A stretch of 63,633 nucleotides of DNA, counting the filler, from Circinaria calcarea (Eukaryota), in the NCBI GenBank assembly GCA_051942165.1. It is 9 parts of 9 records of this genome, joined end to end, with 100 filler letters (N's around TTAATTAATTAA, not from the genome) between each part and the next. Parts side by side here need not be neighbours in the genome. Positions count along the whole stretch, not along the records: positions 49,586 to 56,563 come from JAVECS010001444.1; positions 56,664 to 63,633 come from JAVECS010001445.1; 7 more parts are not named here. One strand, 5' to 3'. Shown here in pieces: positions 50,610 through 62,993 of this stretch (position 1 is its first letter; every line of letters starts with the position of its first letter). The notes beneath the pieces were generated by a model that saw only the letters and a program-made list of their open reading frames with translations, ran no database searches and was not told where the DNA came from. A program made the position numbers and the translations under genes.

Positions 50610-51010
50610 GGGATATTACGAACTATTTGTCTGTCCGTCACGAGTGCAAAGCTTTTAGGGGGGAAAAAAGGGGTCTAGGACTTGACCTTAAAGGTATCAG
50701 TCCGGCGTCAATTGCTTTAAAGACTGGGCTCTCAGTAGCATCCTTGAGCAACAGTGCAATTTGAATCTCACCAAGTAGCAATCATCGTAACTTCTGATAT
50801 TAAGAATTCCTTCGCTTCTGGTCTTTGCGTTTCTGCCTATCGATTAGCAGCGCGACTGTTTACGTCCTTGCGCCAAGACCTTAGGCGCTTGGCAGTTGCC
50901 CACTTCCCAGTTTGTGACAGGCAGTTTCTGCACTGTACATAAATCTTACAATTGCATGATCCTCTCTGGTGCCAATCGATAAGCTCACTCGAGTTGGAGA
51001 TCATACAAAG

Positions 51011-53340
51011 ATGGTGCAATGGAAGAAATTGTTCAACATTGGCGACAACCGAAATAACCATTATTTCCGCGATCAAATGCGGCGTCGTATGACCCCTGTC
51101 GCTCTCTACTTGCATCCTCCACTAATACCAGTTCATCCAGTCCTCCCTGTTGTGCAGAGCGACACAATTCCTTCTGCTATACCCCCTGAGAAGGTGACGG
51201 AAGTCGCTCTCAGACTCAAGTACCAGATCGAACAAGTTATTCCTTGCGAACTAGAGGAATGGAAGATAACAAAAGCCAATTCGCCCATTATCACGCGAAA
51301 GGTCGTCCGGACAGCCAAGGAAGCAGGTGGCAGAGACTATGAAGCCTGCGTGTTATATTGTTTGCTAGTATGTAAGCGATGGTTCAAGAGACAGGCTTCT
51401 CTGGAGCTCTGGGATGCGGAAATGCATAATGCGAGGGCTACTGCTTGTGAAGTGCTTGCAAAGATTATGTACGTAGTCTTTTGCCTGCAAACTTCCTTTC
51501 TGCTCTGTCTTAGTGTTCTAATCTTATTTTTGGGGACTACAGCATCGAAACAGAAGAAGACCAAGATTACCTCCTGCAAGAAACCCTCCTAAGGCGCTAC
51601 TCCATCATCATCGCGGGCAAGGAAACCGTACCTGCCAATGTCATCGAGCGAGCTGTCGACTTGCACGCCCTTCGCGTTATAGGTTCCTCGGGGTATCAGA
51701 AATGCATCTCCCATCTTTGGCGTGGTTGGCTTGTGCAAGATGATCTCGATTCCTCAAACTATGTTGCCTACTACAACAGAGCTATTCCGGATTATTGGAC
51801 TCACTTTGACCCGGTAAGTGATGACCACTTCTATTTTTGAGTTTTTCTGGGACACTGATAGCTTCTAGGACCGCATGCGTGCGCCCGTATATCAAAACGC
51901 GGTTCAGATTTTCTTTAGCGTCTTGTACTTGGTTTTGTACACAATCGCCATTAACTCCATTAATTCAGCAGGAGACTTGGATGTGGTGGAGGGCGTACTG
52001 TATATCATGACGGCGGGCTTCATCTTTGACGAAGTATCAAAGATCTGGAAAGTATGGCGGATTATTTTCCTGGTGAGCTGAGTGATACGATAATTGCTGA
52101 CGCCTACCAGGTGGGACGATCCTACATAGGCTTCTGGAATGTTTTCAACTCGACTTTATATGCACTATTGACAGTGAGCTTTGTGACGAGGCTTATTGCC
52201 GTGGGGCATCCAGTCGGACATCCCGATCGCGGCCGTTTCAATGAGCTTAGCTACAACTTCCTTGCTTTCAGTGCGCCTATGTTTTGGATGCGACTGTTAC
52301 TTTACCTGGATACTTTCAGATTCTTTGGCGCCATGTTGGTGGTACTGAAGGTCATGATGAAAGAGTCGTTGATCTTCTTCGCGCTTCTAGCCATAGTCAT
52401 GGTCGGCTTTCTCCAAGCATTCGTCGGTATGGACCAGGTCGACGACAATGCAAACGTTACATCTTTCATCGTGCAAACGATGCTCAACAGCGTATTGGGG
52501 TCACCGGACTTCTCAGGGTTCGAAAATTTCGCACCTCCCTTTGGCATAGTTTTATACTACATTTTTACATTCGTGGTCATGGTCGGTAAGTAGTCAAGGA
52601 TTGGACTGCGTGTGAGAACGAGTACGGGCTTACATGCTTTCTAGTCCTACTTAACATCCTTATTGCACTGTACAATAGCGCTGTGGGTATTAGAATCGAA
52701 ATGCGGAATGCTCATACAGGCTAATTCGTTTAATAGTACTCCGATATCACCGACAACGCAATTGATGAGTATATGGCGCTATTTGCTCAAAGGGTATTCT
52801 TCTTCCATGACTATCCAAGCTCGTACTCATGATTACGCAGACTCTTGGCTTCGTCAGGGCACCTGATGAAAATGTTTTTATCGCTCCGTTCAATCTAATC
52901 GAAATCTTCCTCCTCGTTCTCCCATTTGAGTGGTGGATGAAAAAGGAAAGATATGAACGCCTCAACAATGCCGTGATGGGCATCATTTATTCCCCCCTCC
53001 TTCTGCTAACGGCCTATCTGGAAACCAAGCAAGCCCGTCAGGTCAAACACAACCGGGATCATCATGAAGCAGATGATAATACTACAGAGGTAAGTAAACC
53101 TGACTCCTCGTCAGCCTTCGAGTCCCAGTCAACTAACGTGAAGCTCGCTAGGAATGGGAGCAGCTATCACATCAAGTTGACTTTGAAGCGGACGGCTGGG
53201 CGAAGAAGGTCAAACTAACGTCTCCAAGTGTCGACGCTGATGTAGCGGTTGTTGAAATAAGAGAGTTGAAAGAACAGCTTGATGAGTTGAAGGAGATGAT
53301 GGACAAAATGAAGGACGGGGCGAATGGGAGTACTTCGTAG
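51011..53340 (+). CDS. YVC1: Vacuolar TRP cation channel Yvc1/TRPY1; multiple introns
   Basis: VALRLKYQIEQVIPCEL, RMRAPVYQN, GFWNVFN, FWMRLLLYLD.FRFFGAMLVVLKVMMKES, LLNILIALYNSAY, RAPDENVFIAPFNLIE, C-terminal coiled coil. Confidence 0.95.
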
Positions 53341-53480
53341 AATAGTCTACATTAGGTAAACCAAAAGGATCCATCTCTAGTGCTGCGTCGTCTCGCTATC
53401 AGTCCTTGTTTATGACAGTTCACGCCCTCCAGTACTCTGCTCATTAAATCCATCCTTTAACATTCTTGTGGATAGATAGT

Positions 53481-54253
53481 CTAGGAGGGCTTCTCGCCAC
53501 AGCATCCCGAATTCATCGCCCTGATGATGTGGTAATGCACTACCCTAACTTCCAGTGTCTGCAGGCCTTTGTGCTTATCCAATGCACGTACCCACTGCAT
53601 CGAAATATCATCCGGATTGAAACTGTCAGAGAGTGACAGTTGGTCTTGATCGCCTTTAACCACTAATTTCAATTTGACCTTCCTCAATTGAACATGTGCT
53701 GCCATGTACTGCAATATCCCGTCAATCATTTTTGTTTGCTTATGCGGGCCATCACTCTCGATATGAAAGGTCAGTGTGATTTCTTTTAGGCTCATCAGGG
53801 CGGGCTCCGACAAACTCGAGAGGAGAGGCAAGCATTCGGGTAGGGTGTCACAGAACCAAAAACGGAACAGGTTCTTTCCAAAGAAGATGGGGAGAGCCTC
53901 TGATCTGATCTGGCTATTGACGTGGAGTAGTGCTATCGACACGAGTTTGGCTTCGACACCAAAGATGAGTTGAGCATTGTGTGCCTGGAGGCAGGCGGAT
54001 TTAATGGGCCGAGGTTCTAATCGGGAGAGACGAAAGAATTCCTTGTTCAGGAAAACAAAGGCTTCTAGATGGAGGACACGTCGGTACACTTCAAGTCGAA
54101 GCTCGGGAGGGAGTTGGAAGAACGGAGATGTCGGTTTTCCTCTGCTTGTGTCAGTAAGTTTAAGAGGATCGGGGGGTAGCTGACTTGCTTGGACAGGCTT
54201 GGGTGCAAGAGGTGACGATCGCTCCCCGTTACTAGGATATCTTTGCTGTCCAT
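53481..54253 (-). CDS. Fungal F-box-like hypothetical protein; gene ends uncertain
   Basis: SPFFQLPPELRLEVYRRVL...ALLHVNSQIRSEALPIFFGKNLFRF, typical of an expanded fungal F-box-like family. Confidence 0.65.
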
Positions 54254-55000
54254 GGCAGGCAGGCAGGCAAGTCAGGTATAGCACTGTGGTCTATAATCGA
54301 TGTTGTCTCAAAGTGGCTTTAGGAGGAGATTGAATTCGATGGTGAGTGATCCCGGTTCCACTGCAGTAGTGTTGTTGTACGGAGCAGTCGACAAGAAGAC
54401 TAGATGGCCGAAAAGGTACATCGAATGCCTTTGGGATCGTTCAAGCAAAGGCGTAGGAGGATGCTTGACTTCTTGAAAAGCTAGGAGTCAAACGATGCGG
54501 GTTTACAATCTCCTTCAAATTTGACCAGTTCTGCAATCTATCAAGAAAGGAAGACCGAGCAAGACTTTTCAAACTGAAAGAATGTGCTTGGTGTGGGCGT
54601 TCACTATCAATAGCCGAGGCTGTGAATCAATCTAACTTGGGGTGTGTTGGAATACGCATGTGGCTGTCGCTTTTCTTGAGTCTGTGGTCTTTCGTGGGTG
54701 GAAATAGAGGCCAGTTTTTGAGATTATGATGTTTGTGGTGGCACGGAAGCTGGGGTTCTAAGCTATGCGAATATAATTGATTTCGTTCCCGGGATCTAGC
54801 TATCCATCAGGTGCAACGGGAATCGGACATCTCCGAGCAACGAAAGTAAGAGCATGCAAAAGAAGCAACACAGGGCCCATATGGAGCACGGAACGGGACT
54901 TCCGCACCCACATTCCTCGCCCCATTCCCATAATCCCTTCTTGTTCCGCTCACCCTACACACCCAACGCCTACTACCAACTTATCAAATTGCTAAGACCC

Positions 55001-55572
55001 CTACTTCATGGCCTCTACCCTAGCTTTTATACCCTTGTTGAATTCTTCGAACTGGCCTCTAATCTTCTTCCCCGGCGGCAGTGAGGGGTTCATGACGAAA
55101 GACAGGAGACCCGAGTATTCCTCATTCTGCTGAAAGGTGGTCCCGCTAGCTGTGGTCTTGCTGGGGTCAAAGCGGAAGGTGTGGAGACCTGCAATAACGC
55201 CATATACAGGAGGGCCTTGCCAGACAAATGCGCTCTCAGAGTTCTCCTGGAGTGAAGGTCAGTTCAGGTAACAGGTAAAGCGAGGGAGCTGAGTATTGGC
55301 GGAGGGCTGAAGTCGTACCACAACCACGGAGGTGAATTTAAAGCCCTCCATGACACAATCCAGCTTATCTCCTTTCTGGGGTGCTTTGGATGGAGCTTGT
55401 GGGGTGATGGACTTGATGTAGCCGTTGTGCCATTCCCGGTAAGTCGCAAAGTCGAGGAGCTGTCGGGAGAAGAGAGGTTAGGTAGAGACCACAAGGAATG
55501 TTGTGAGGAGATAGGTACCACTTCCTTGACGAGCGCAGGAGGGCTGTCGATTTCAATTTGCGTAGAGATCAT
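55001..55572 (-). CDS. SRPBCC/START-fold (polyketide cyclase/dehydrase-like) small protein; 2 introns
   Basis: Spliced: MISTQIEIDSPPALVKEV|LLDFATYREWHNGYIKSI...|ENSESAFVWQGPPVYGVIAGLHTFRFDPS...TTFQQNEEYSGLL...GQFEEFNKGIKARVEAMK*. Confidence 0.85.
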
Positions 55573-55919
55573 GGCGGTCAAGCGTACATCGTTGATTCGG
55601 TAGAGATTGTACTGCTAACGGGAGAGCAACGATGGAGCCTGACAAGAAGCACGCTGAACGTTTGTCCATCGAGTAAGGTTGAAGGAAGCAGGACAGTCTC
55701 ATAGTTGCCGTTTGGATGACATCTCAGGGTCCAAGCTCCGCACCAAGATCCGTGGCTCCCCACCGGGCTGCCCACTGGTAGAGGTTCGGTGCACGGAAAA
55801 TAAGGAATGATATGTTTGTTGGCTGTGCATGAATTGCATCGGTTACCAATAAGACTAAGTACGTTGTATTCCTGCAATGCACTACGTTCAAGGATCATGG
55901 AATTTTCTGCATGTTCATG

Positions 55920-56563
55920 TAACTAGGTAAGAGCAAGAGAGTTCGCTAAAATACTGGTCGGCTTACGTAAGCCCCAACAACGTATTACGCGGAACTAGAT
56001 ACTTGCGGCCCGCTCCCGCTAACAATTACTTGGATCTTGCAATTAAGAGGTTTAGTAGTTTTCTGTAAGAAGAAACTAGGTAAGAATAATCAATAAAATC
56101 TTTTGCTAAGTGTTAAACCTTGCTAGCATAACATAGCTCCGATGTTAATAACATCGAAGCTACGTTACACTGGGCTGTCTTAAAGAGGTAATTGATCTAC
56201 ATATGAAGTTATAATTATTATTGAAATTCGACGTTAAATTATAGAAATTGGTAGAGTAGAAAGGGGTAGAATAGAAATTATTAGCATTAATAAATAGAAT
56301 ATAAAAGTAGATTTTATATACACAGAGTCGAAACGAGAACACGCTTAAATAGTAGATGGTGTCAGGCCCTACGGTTAGGGGGTGGCGATACCTCGTTTAG
56401 TTGGCGTCTTGGCGTATAGTGAAAACCTTTCACTCGCACCTTCTTCCTCTGTAATGATTAGTTCTCGCATACACTGCGTATAGCCATCGTATTGCTCGTG
56501 CCTCACATTACCACATACCTTAGCTTTAGATACTTTACAAGTAAAGTATTCTACGGCCTTACA
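55920..56563. repeat. AT/TpA-rich degenerate stretch, possibly a RIP-mutated repeat relic at the contig end
   Basis: Sharp AT enrichment (especially 56040-56350) with many TA/TAG/TAA and few CA; no recognisable protein motif. Confidence 0.4.
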
Positions 56564-56663
56564 NNNNNNNNNNNNNNNNNNNNNNNNNNNNNNNNNNNNN
56601 NNNNNNNTTAATTAATTAANNNNNNNNNNNNNNNNNNNNNNNNNNNNNNNNNNNNNNNNNNNN
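56564..56663. other. Artificial contig linker
   Basis: 44 N + TTAATTAATTAA + 44 N. Confidence 0.99.
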
Positions 56664-56688
56664 CCCCTCCCCTCCTCTTCTTCCCCTC

Positions 56689-59537
56689 TCACGCATCAAT
56701 ATCCAACATGGCCTGATCATCAATATCCCCATCCCCAAACTCCTCTCCCGCATCCGCATCCCCATCCCCCCCATTGATTCCCTCCATCTTCTCCCCAGCT
56801 CCATCCCTAAGCTCCCGGATCTTCTCCTCCTCCATCTTCTCCTTGTGCCGCTCCAGATCCGCGAGGCTCCACGTGCTGATGCCTTTCTGCTCCCGGCCCC
56901 CAAACGGCTGCGCCATCGTCCGGAGGAATTTCTTCGCGCTGGCGACCGCCATGTCGGTACTCAGGTTCGTGTCGCTTTCCAGCAGCGCCTGATTGATCCA
57001 CTTGGGCAGCTGGTTGCGTTTTTTCTGGAAGCGCCGGTCCGCCAGCACCATGATTCCGTAGTCGTCCTTGCCGCGGAGGACACGCCCGAGGCACTGGGCG
57101 GCGTGGCGCATGGCGTCAAAGGAGAGGAAGTCGTTTTCCCGGATGCGGTACGTTTCGCGGAGGAACTCGAGGCGGGCCTTGAGGATGCGGGACTCGGTGT
57201 ACTGGAAGGGCACGCCGATGCAGAGCACCGTGCGGCCGTAGTGGTGGTCGAAATCGATACCCTCGGAGACCTTACCCCGCGCGACGCAGAGGAGAATGGC
57301 ACCACGGCCGTTGCAGCAGGCGGTGCGGTAGGTCTCGAGCGCGAGCGACGTCTCCTGGCTGTCGGGCGTTTCGACGAGGATGAGCTTGAACTTCCAGATC
57401 TCGTCGAGGATGCCCATGCCCTGCCACATGCTGATGATGGATTCCATGTAAAGGTAGGACGGGAAGAAGACGACGACGCCGTCGGGCGTGATCTTGGAGA
57501 ATTCCATCAGCAGGCTGCCGTAGTTGCGCACGACGCCGGGTTCGTTACGGATCTGGAAGCCCGAAGAGATAGCGGATTGGTCGGAGCCGCGAGTGACAAT
57601 CATGGGGAGGAAGGAGCGGCGGGCGAGGGTCATACTGTAGGATTCTTGGACGACGGTGGTGAAGCCGAGCATTTTGGGGTACATTTCCAAAGGGGAGATT
57701 GTGCCGGACGTGATGATGACGGAGCTGAAGCGGTCAAAGACTGGTTTTATAGCGATAGCGGCGTCGAGACAGGTGAAATGGAGAATGGGATTAGGTACTG
57801 TAGCTGTGTCTGACTCGAAAGGCTCTAGTATAAGGAGAAATCCTTTGTCATATGTAGCGGCGAGAGTTGCGAATGTTGCTACCTCCTGCAGTGGTTGGTA
57901 GTCTTCTATGTTTGTGAGCTCTAAAGTTCGGACTAAAGATGTCAACCGTTCTGCGCAGAATCGAAGAGGCTTTCTTTCGATGAAAGTCAGATCCTTGAGA
58001 TGCTGCAAAAACGAAGGAGGCGTTTCTGATATCACATGCAGGACTTTCATTCGAGTCTGTTATTCTCTATTAGTGGGTGGCTCTAGATAGGAACGGAATC
58101 TTACTACCTTCAGATACTCGACGAAACGTTTTAGGAAAGCGATAAAATGCTCCGCTCTTCGAATGTTTCCTGGGACCGCTTCGCTAAGTAGATCATCTGG
58201 TAAAGCTGCACCTTTGTTAGGTCTGGGGCAAAGGTAGTTAGGAGGATATGGTGAATACCTGGGTTTGCCATGAAAGCGTCTTCCATTCTGGCTTCATCTG
58301 CGTCTCGTAGACCCTCAACCAGCTTGGCGTACTCGTTCTGGAGTTTATCGGCATCCGAAGACTTCATCTCCGTGATCTTGCGTTCGAGATTATTGGCACC
58401 TCGCGTTGCTTTCCGCAGAGAGTCTTCGGTCAAGTCAATGCTCAATGACTCGATACAGACGTTGTCAATATTGTGAGCTTCGTCAAAAACTACAATGCAG
58501 TCCTTTGACAGCTCTTTGGACACTCGCTCGGCGATTTTAGGGTCCAGCAAGTAGTGGTACGAGTAAATGATAACATTGCAGAATGGCATCTACACTGATC
58601 AGTAAGTCTCAACTTGCAAGAACTAGCATTGCCACGTACCATGCGTCGCACCGAAAAGTACGGACATTGCTTGTGCTGCTCCCCATATTTGAGCATACCG
58701 TCCAGAGTGAACACACCAGCAGGAACTAGATTATGAGGCTCTAATAGGTCAAGATTCTATTGAACCAGTCAGAGCGGCGTGACTTGTAGTAGACGCTTGC
58801 TTGTACATCGTGATATATGCAGAGATCCACATCTTCGCCCCTTTCCTTCTTCTCTTTGACAAAGCCAGCGGTTAAACTTCTGCATCGAGCGTCGACGACT
58901 GAACCGCTCTTCTCCCTCTTCACAGAAGGATGCAAACACAGATTCTTCCGACTGGTAAGTCCCAAGCCGCGAAAGTCCTCTTCGTAGCCTAGCTGCTCAG
59001 ATCGGTACTTCATTAGAGCTTTCAGTTCTGCTAAAGCCTTCTCGATCTCAGACATGGTACCTACTGATACTCAGTCAGGTACCGGTGATGCGTTGATAGG
59101 ACATACGAGAGCAATATATCAGTTTCCGATGCTCGGGGTAGTATTGCTGGTAGGCAACAATCAACGAAAGCAAAGACACAGTCTTCCCTGTTCCCGATGG
59201 CATTTCCAAGACGCAATGCCCGCCAGCATCCAGCGTTCCTTTGGATAAGATCAGTAACAAGCAGAATTGCTGTTTAGCGTTTTACTTACTCTTGAGATCG
59301 CACATGTATCTGAGTGACGGTTTTAGCAAGCACTTCTGGTAGACAGGTAAATCGACATACGCATATTGTTCTGCAAGTACAGACGGTCAGCCATGATTTG
59401 CATCTCATGGTGTACATGTCTTGCTGACCTGGATAGATCCGCGGGTAGGGAAAGAGGATGGGAAGGTCCCTATCATACTACCTTAGTAATATCACATATG
59501 AATTGTTTGAAGATGCTTACTCGATGTTAAACTTCAT
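56689..59537 (-). CDS. RAD3: TFIIH 5'-3' DNA helicase XPD (Rad3/Rad15); many introns
   Basis: [49 protein letters not shown], FeS Cys residues (SRKNLC..RC..C..CPYF), [35 protein letters not shown]. Confidence 0.97.
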
Positions 59538-61949
59538 CTTGTTGACTGTGATGATTGAATGATAATAGATCAATCTCTCCCTCGTTTCACTGACAGCACC
59601 AATCCTACAAAGGTACACGCAGATGATAATCCAGTCCAAGCATACTGTTACTTTAAGGTACTACGACGTCCTCTGGCGATGCCTCGCTAAACTTGCCGTG
59701 CAGAGATGAGGATTTCAGCCCTACACAGGTCATTCTATCTACTGTACGTTGAGGATTATCACCTTCACGACCAAGCAGGCTCTTGAGCCTTTACTACAAC
59801 ATATGTTACAGCTTATTTGGCCTTCACTTAAGGGTTACTGTCTTGCTGCAAGAGTCTTATCGGAACTCTGGCGCTACCTGAATCTCTTCCATTTGAAATC
59901 ATATCACCAAGCATTGCTCTACGCCTGATTACTTTATCAGCATCCTATTACTTGTATCACTGTGTCCTTGCTTCCTTGAACTTGCTGCGGTAGCAAAGTC
60001 TTGTTTGAGAACTCCCATGTTGTTGACCGCATCAATAGTTACCCCAGCTTCTCTATTTTCTCGGACTCACTACCGCTACCTCATTTCGATGGCCCACATA
60101 GTCTTGTCACCGCTCGGGCGGCTACCTCCGAAGCTGTTGTAGAATCTTTTTGTAGTCGCCAAACTTCAACTCGCCCTTGGCATCGGCCGGTCTGCTAGTG
60201 GTGCTTTCGCCGGTGTATCTCAAGAACAAACTTGTTCTGGAGAAATTTTCTTTTGAATACCGTCCTAATGATATAGATATACAATCAGGTCTTTCACGAC
60301 ATAAGTAGCTAATCTACGAAATGTTTATAACGATTCAAAGGAACTACCCGATAACAACTGTCATTTCAAATACAGCACCTTCGCCATCGATTTCCAATGA
60401 GATTCACAGCATTCCGCCATGGTGCAAATTCAGAAACAGCTCGGCTGGTACTTCTCGTTGGCGAGAACATCTTGAGGTTAGTGGATAAGATTATTAAGAA
60501 CCACGCTCCTGACCCCCTCTTCGACTGGGCTAATGATGACGGCGGACGAGTTTCGGCCTTGTACAAGGCGAAGGCAATACTATGGTAATTTTCAAGACTG
60601 CCCCTGCACCTAAAGAGTGGAGACACAAAAGAAACATCTAAGTGCGTAAGATATATGTAGGTGATCTTGTGCCAGATAGCCTTGGAAAGGTGCACATTCC
60701 GGAGATGTTACTTCATGGCCTCTGGACCTAAGGAAAAGGCGTTTTTCTCAAGCCATTTATGGATGCCAAGGCTGCCATCGACAGGGTTTGTGCTAAGGTT
60801 AAATAAGTTGCTAGCAAAGGGTTAGAAGACGCGATCAGAGAGGAAAATCGCCTTGTAGTGAGGGCTTTAGTCGTCAGCGGACCATATCTGGATTTAGATG
60901 AATCGCTAGGGGACAATATGGATTCCCTTAAAAGGAAGAGATCGATGATAAAGGCGAATTCATGATAGAGAAATACTACGATATGCAACGCTCATGGGGT
61001 TTCTTGGCTAGATTACCATGGGGCTATGTCGTACTGTTTATGTCCTACCGAATACACAGCATCTAGAGCTGGCACTCTCCCCGGAGGCGCCGGATGAGCA
61101 ACTTCTGTCACTGTTGACATGGAGAGTTTGGCAAAGAGAGACTGATTACGATGATCCAGATTTCCATAGGACTACAGATAAGATCAAGCATCTCCATAAA
61201 GGATCCTTTTTCGATCTCAAGGATTTTTTGCAGTGGGAGACTAGACGCCACATAATGGAGAAAGTTAGATTGGATCACAAATAATACATGTCCTCTCCAT
61301 TGACTGTATGCAGACACAAGAAACTGAAGACGTCCGAGACCTGTGTGGAGACCAGCCCCACTTGAGTCGGCTCTGAGATTGCGACTGTATAGGAATGAAT
61401 CGACCATTGCATGCCTAATGGAGGGTGGATCTTGCCTATGGGCGGAGGTAACCTACATCATACTTTTTTTCCTCGTCTGCAAATGGCTCTTGTTCTTTCT
61501 CAAGCTTCTCAAGAGTTTCAATATCAGACTCACTAGGGTGCCCGCATATCTCAAAGTCTAACTCTTCCGTCAAAGAATTTGGGCATTTCATTGTTCAAGA
61601 TTTACATTGAATCGATATGATGCCGTACTGCAAGATTAGAGACCCATTCTCTGTGCCTGGTGGGGCCAATGCAGAGACATGGCTAATACCTCCTTATCGT
61701 CCCATGTTTGTGTAGTATTAAGCAATGTTAGGTGGTTATGAGATGTCTTGAGGTCACATGAGACCCAGCGTATTCTGATACTTAGCCGCCTTTTCATCTC
61801 CTTTATAAACCGTGATGAGTTTCTTTTAGGATTGAATGATGTGAAGAGTCCACTCTTATATTCGTGTCTCAGTAGGAGCATCCTGCTTTATAGATTGAAT
61901 CTGTTGAGACGCAGGAATACCTGAATCCAATGAGCATAACTTGAAATTT

Positions 61950-62525
61950 TTCATCCAAACACATCGGCGTGTGTGACTTAGAAATGTGGCCAAGTGCAAA
62001 AAGCGTTTTGGAAACTACTTCCACTTGCTCGGTGGGATCTTCTTCTATGGTGCGCTAGGATAGCATACGAACCTGAGGTATGTGGACGTTATCGGAAACA
62101 AAAAAATGCGTGACGAGAGCGGTTCTGAACAGAACGAAGCCGGAAGCGGACATCGAAGTGGTAATTCATTCGAACACTTCAGAGCTGGAGAAGTGTGGGC
62201 AGATCCTTTCGAACAATCTTGTGCATGAGATGATTTATGCTTTCTTGCAGCTTTTCCACTGTCACTGCAAAGAGTGTCTGGAGCCTGAGTGGAGGTTGGG
62301 AAGGCTGGACAGGGGACCGCATTCAAAAAGATCGAGGGTGCGCTGAGGGGAGTTATGGAGAAGAGGCTGGACATTGGGATCAATGGAACCGATGGAAGTG
62401 AGTCCGAAGCCGAGTACGTGCCGTCTAATGCCTGCAGCGACGGCCCCTCAACGAAGGAAGTTATTTCTTACGAGGATGGCAAGGGTGAGGGCCGTGATGA
62501 TCTGATTGTCCAGCAGAAGATGTAA
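61950..62525 (+). pseudogene. Decayed SprT-like zinc metalloprotease gene
   Basis: GNYFHLLGGIFFYGALG* (TAG 62061-62063), frameshift, then NLVHEMIYAFLQLFHCHCKEC, frameshift, then GKAGQGTAFKKI; matches the HExxH...CxCxxC...GxxGHG pattern with the ligands mutated. Confidence 0.6.
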
Positions 62526-62789
62526 GCACTGAGGGAACTATTTGCGCAGATGATGGCAGTTATGGAAAGGGGGTGAAAACTTTGTTATCTCATCTTGGGG
62601 ATAGTCTCCAGCTGTGGGAACAAGGGGCTTATTTTAGGTGGTGTGGTTCAGAGTTTGAGTTGACTCGATAGAACTTTTTTTTCTTACCGGTAGATCATCC
62701 AACATGCTCCATAACGCTCATTAGACAGATAAGTTCTTAGGATGAGGATCACTGAGTTCTCCAAAGCAGCAATGCCCTCTACTGTAGCT

Positions 62790-62801
62790 TATCACGTGAT
62801 A
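62790..62801. promoter_or_regulatory. Palindromic E-box (bHLH, Cbf1/SREBP-type) upstream of LTN1
   Basis: 12-bp perfect palindrome TATCACGTGATA about 190 bp upstream of the ATG. Confidence 0.4.
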
Positions 62802-62993
62802 CATCATATCATCGGACCGCAAATCGTCCGTCCCAAACACGGCAGCAGAGGTACCTCCACGATAAGATACGAGCACTACAGTCACAAGTAGACGCATCGT
62901 GACGAGAGCTTCCTAGCGACACCCTCGGACTGTTTTTTGAGCTTCCTGCTAACCTGAATGCTTGGATATTATTAATGAAGAAGGAGTTGGAGT

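Noticed and set aside
55060..55090. Suspected frameshift in the SRPBCC gene
   Set aside because: Recounting the C run (55070-55073) shows the frame is intact through ARVEAMK*
56845..57813. 322-aa antisense ORF opposite RAD3 (and similar shadows opposite GH32, the permease and FAN1)
   Set aside because: Expected by-product of high GC3 on the coding strand; no independent motifs
22982..59537. Apparent enrichment of DNA-repair and quality-control genes (FAN1, XPD, UBR1, TOP2, SNF2) as one system
   Set aside because: All lie on different, unlinked contigs
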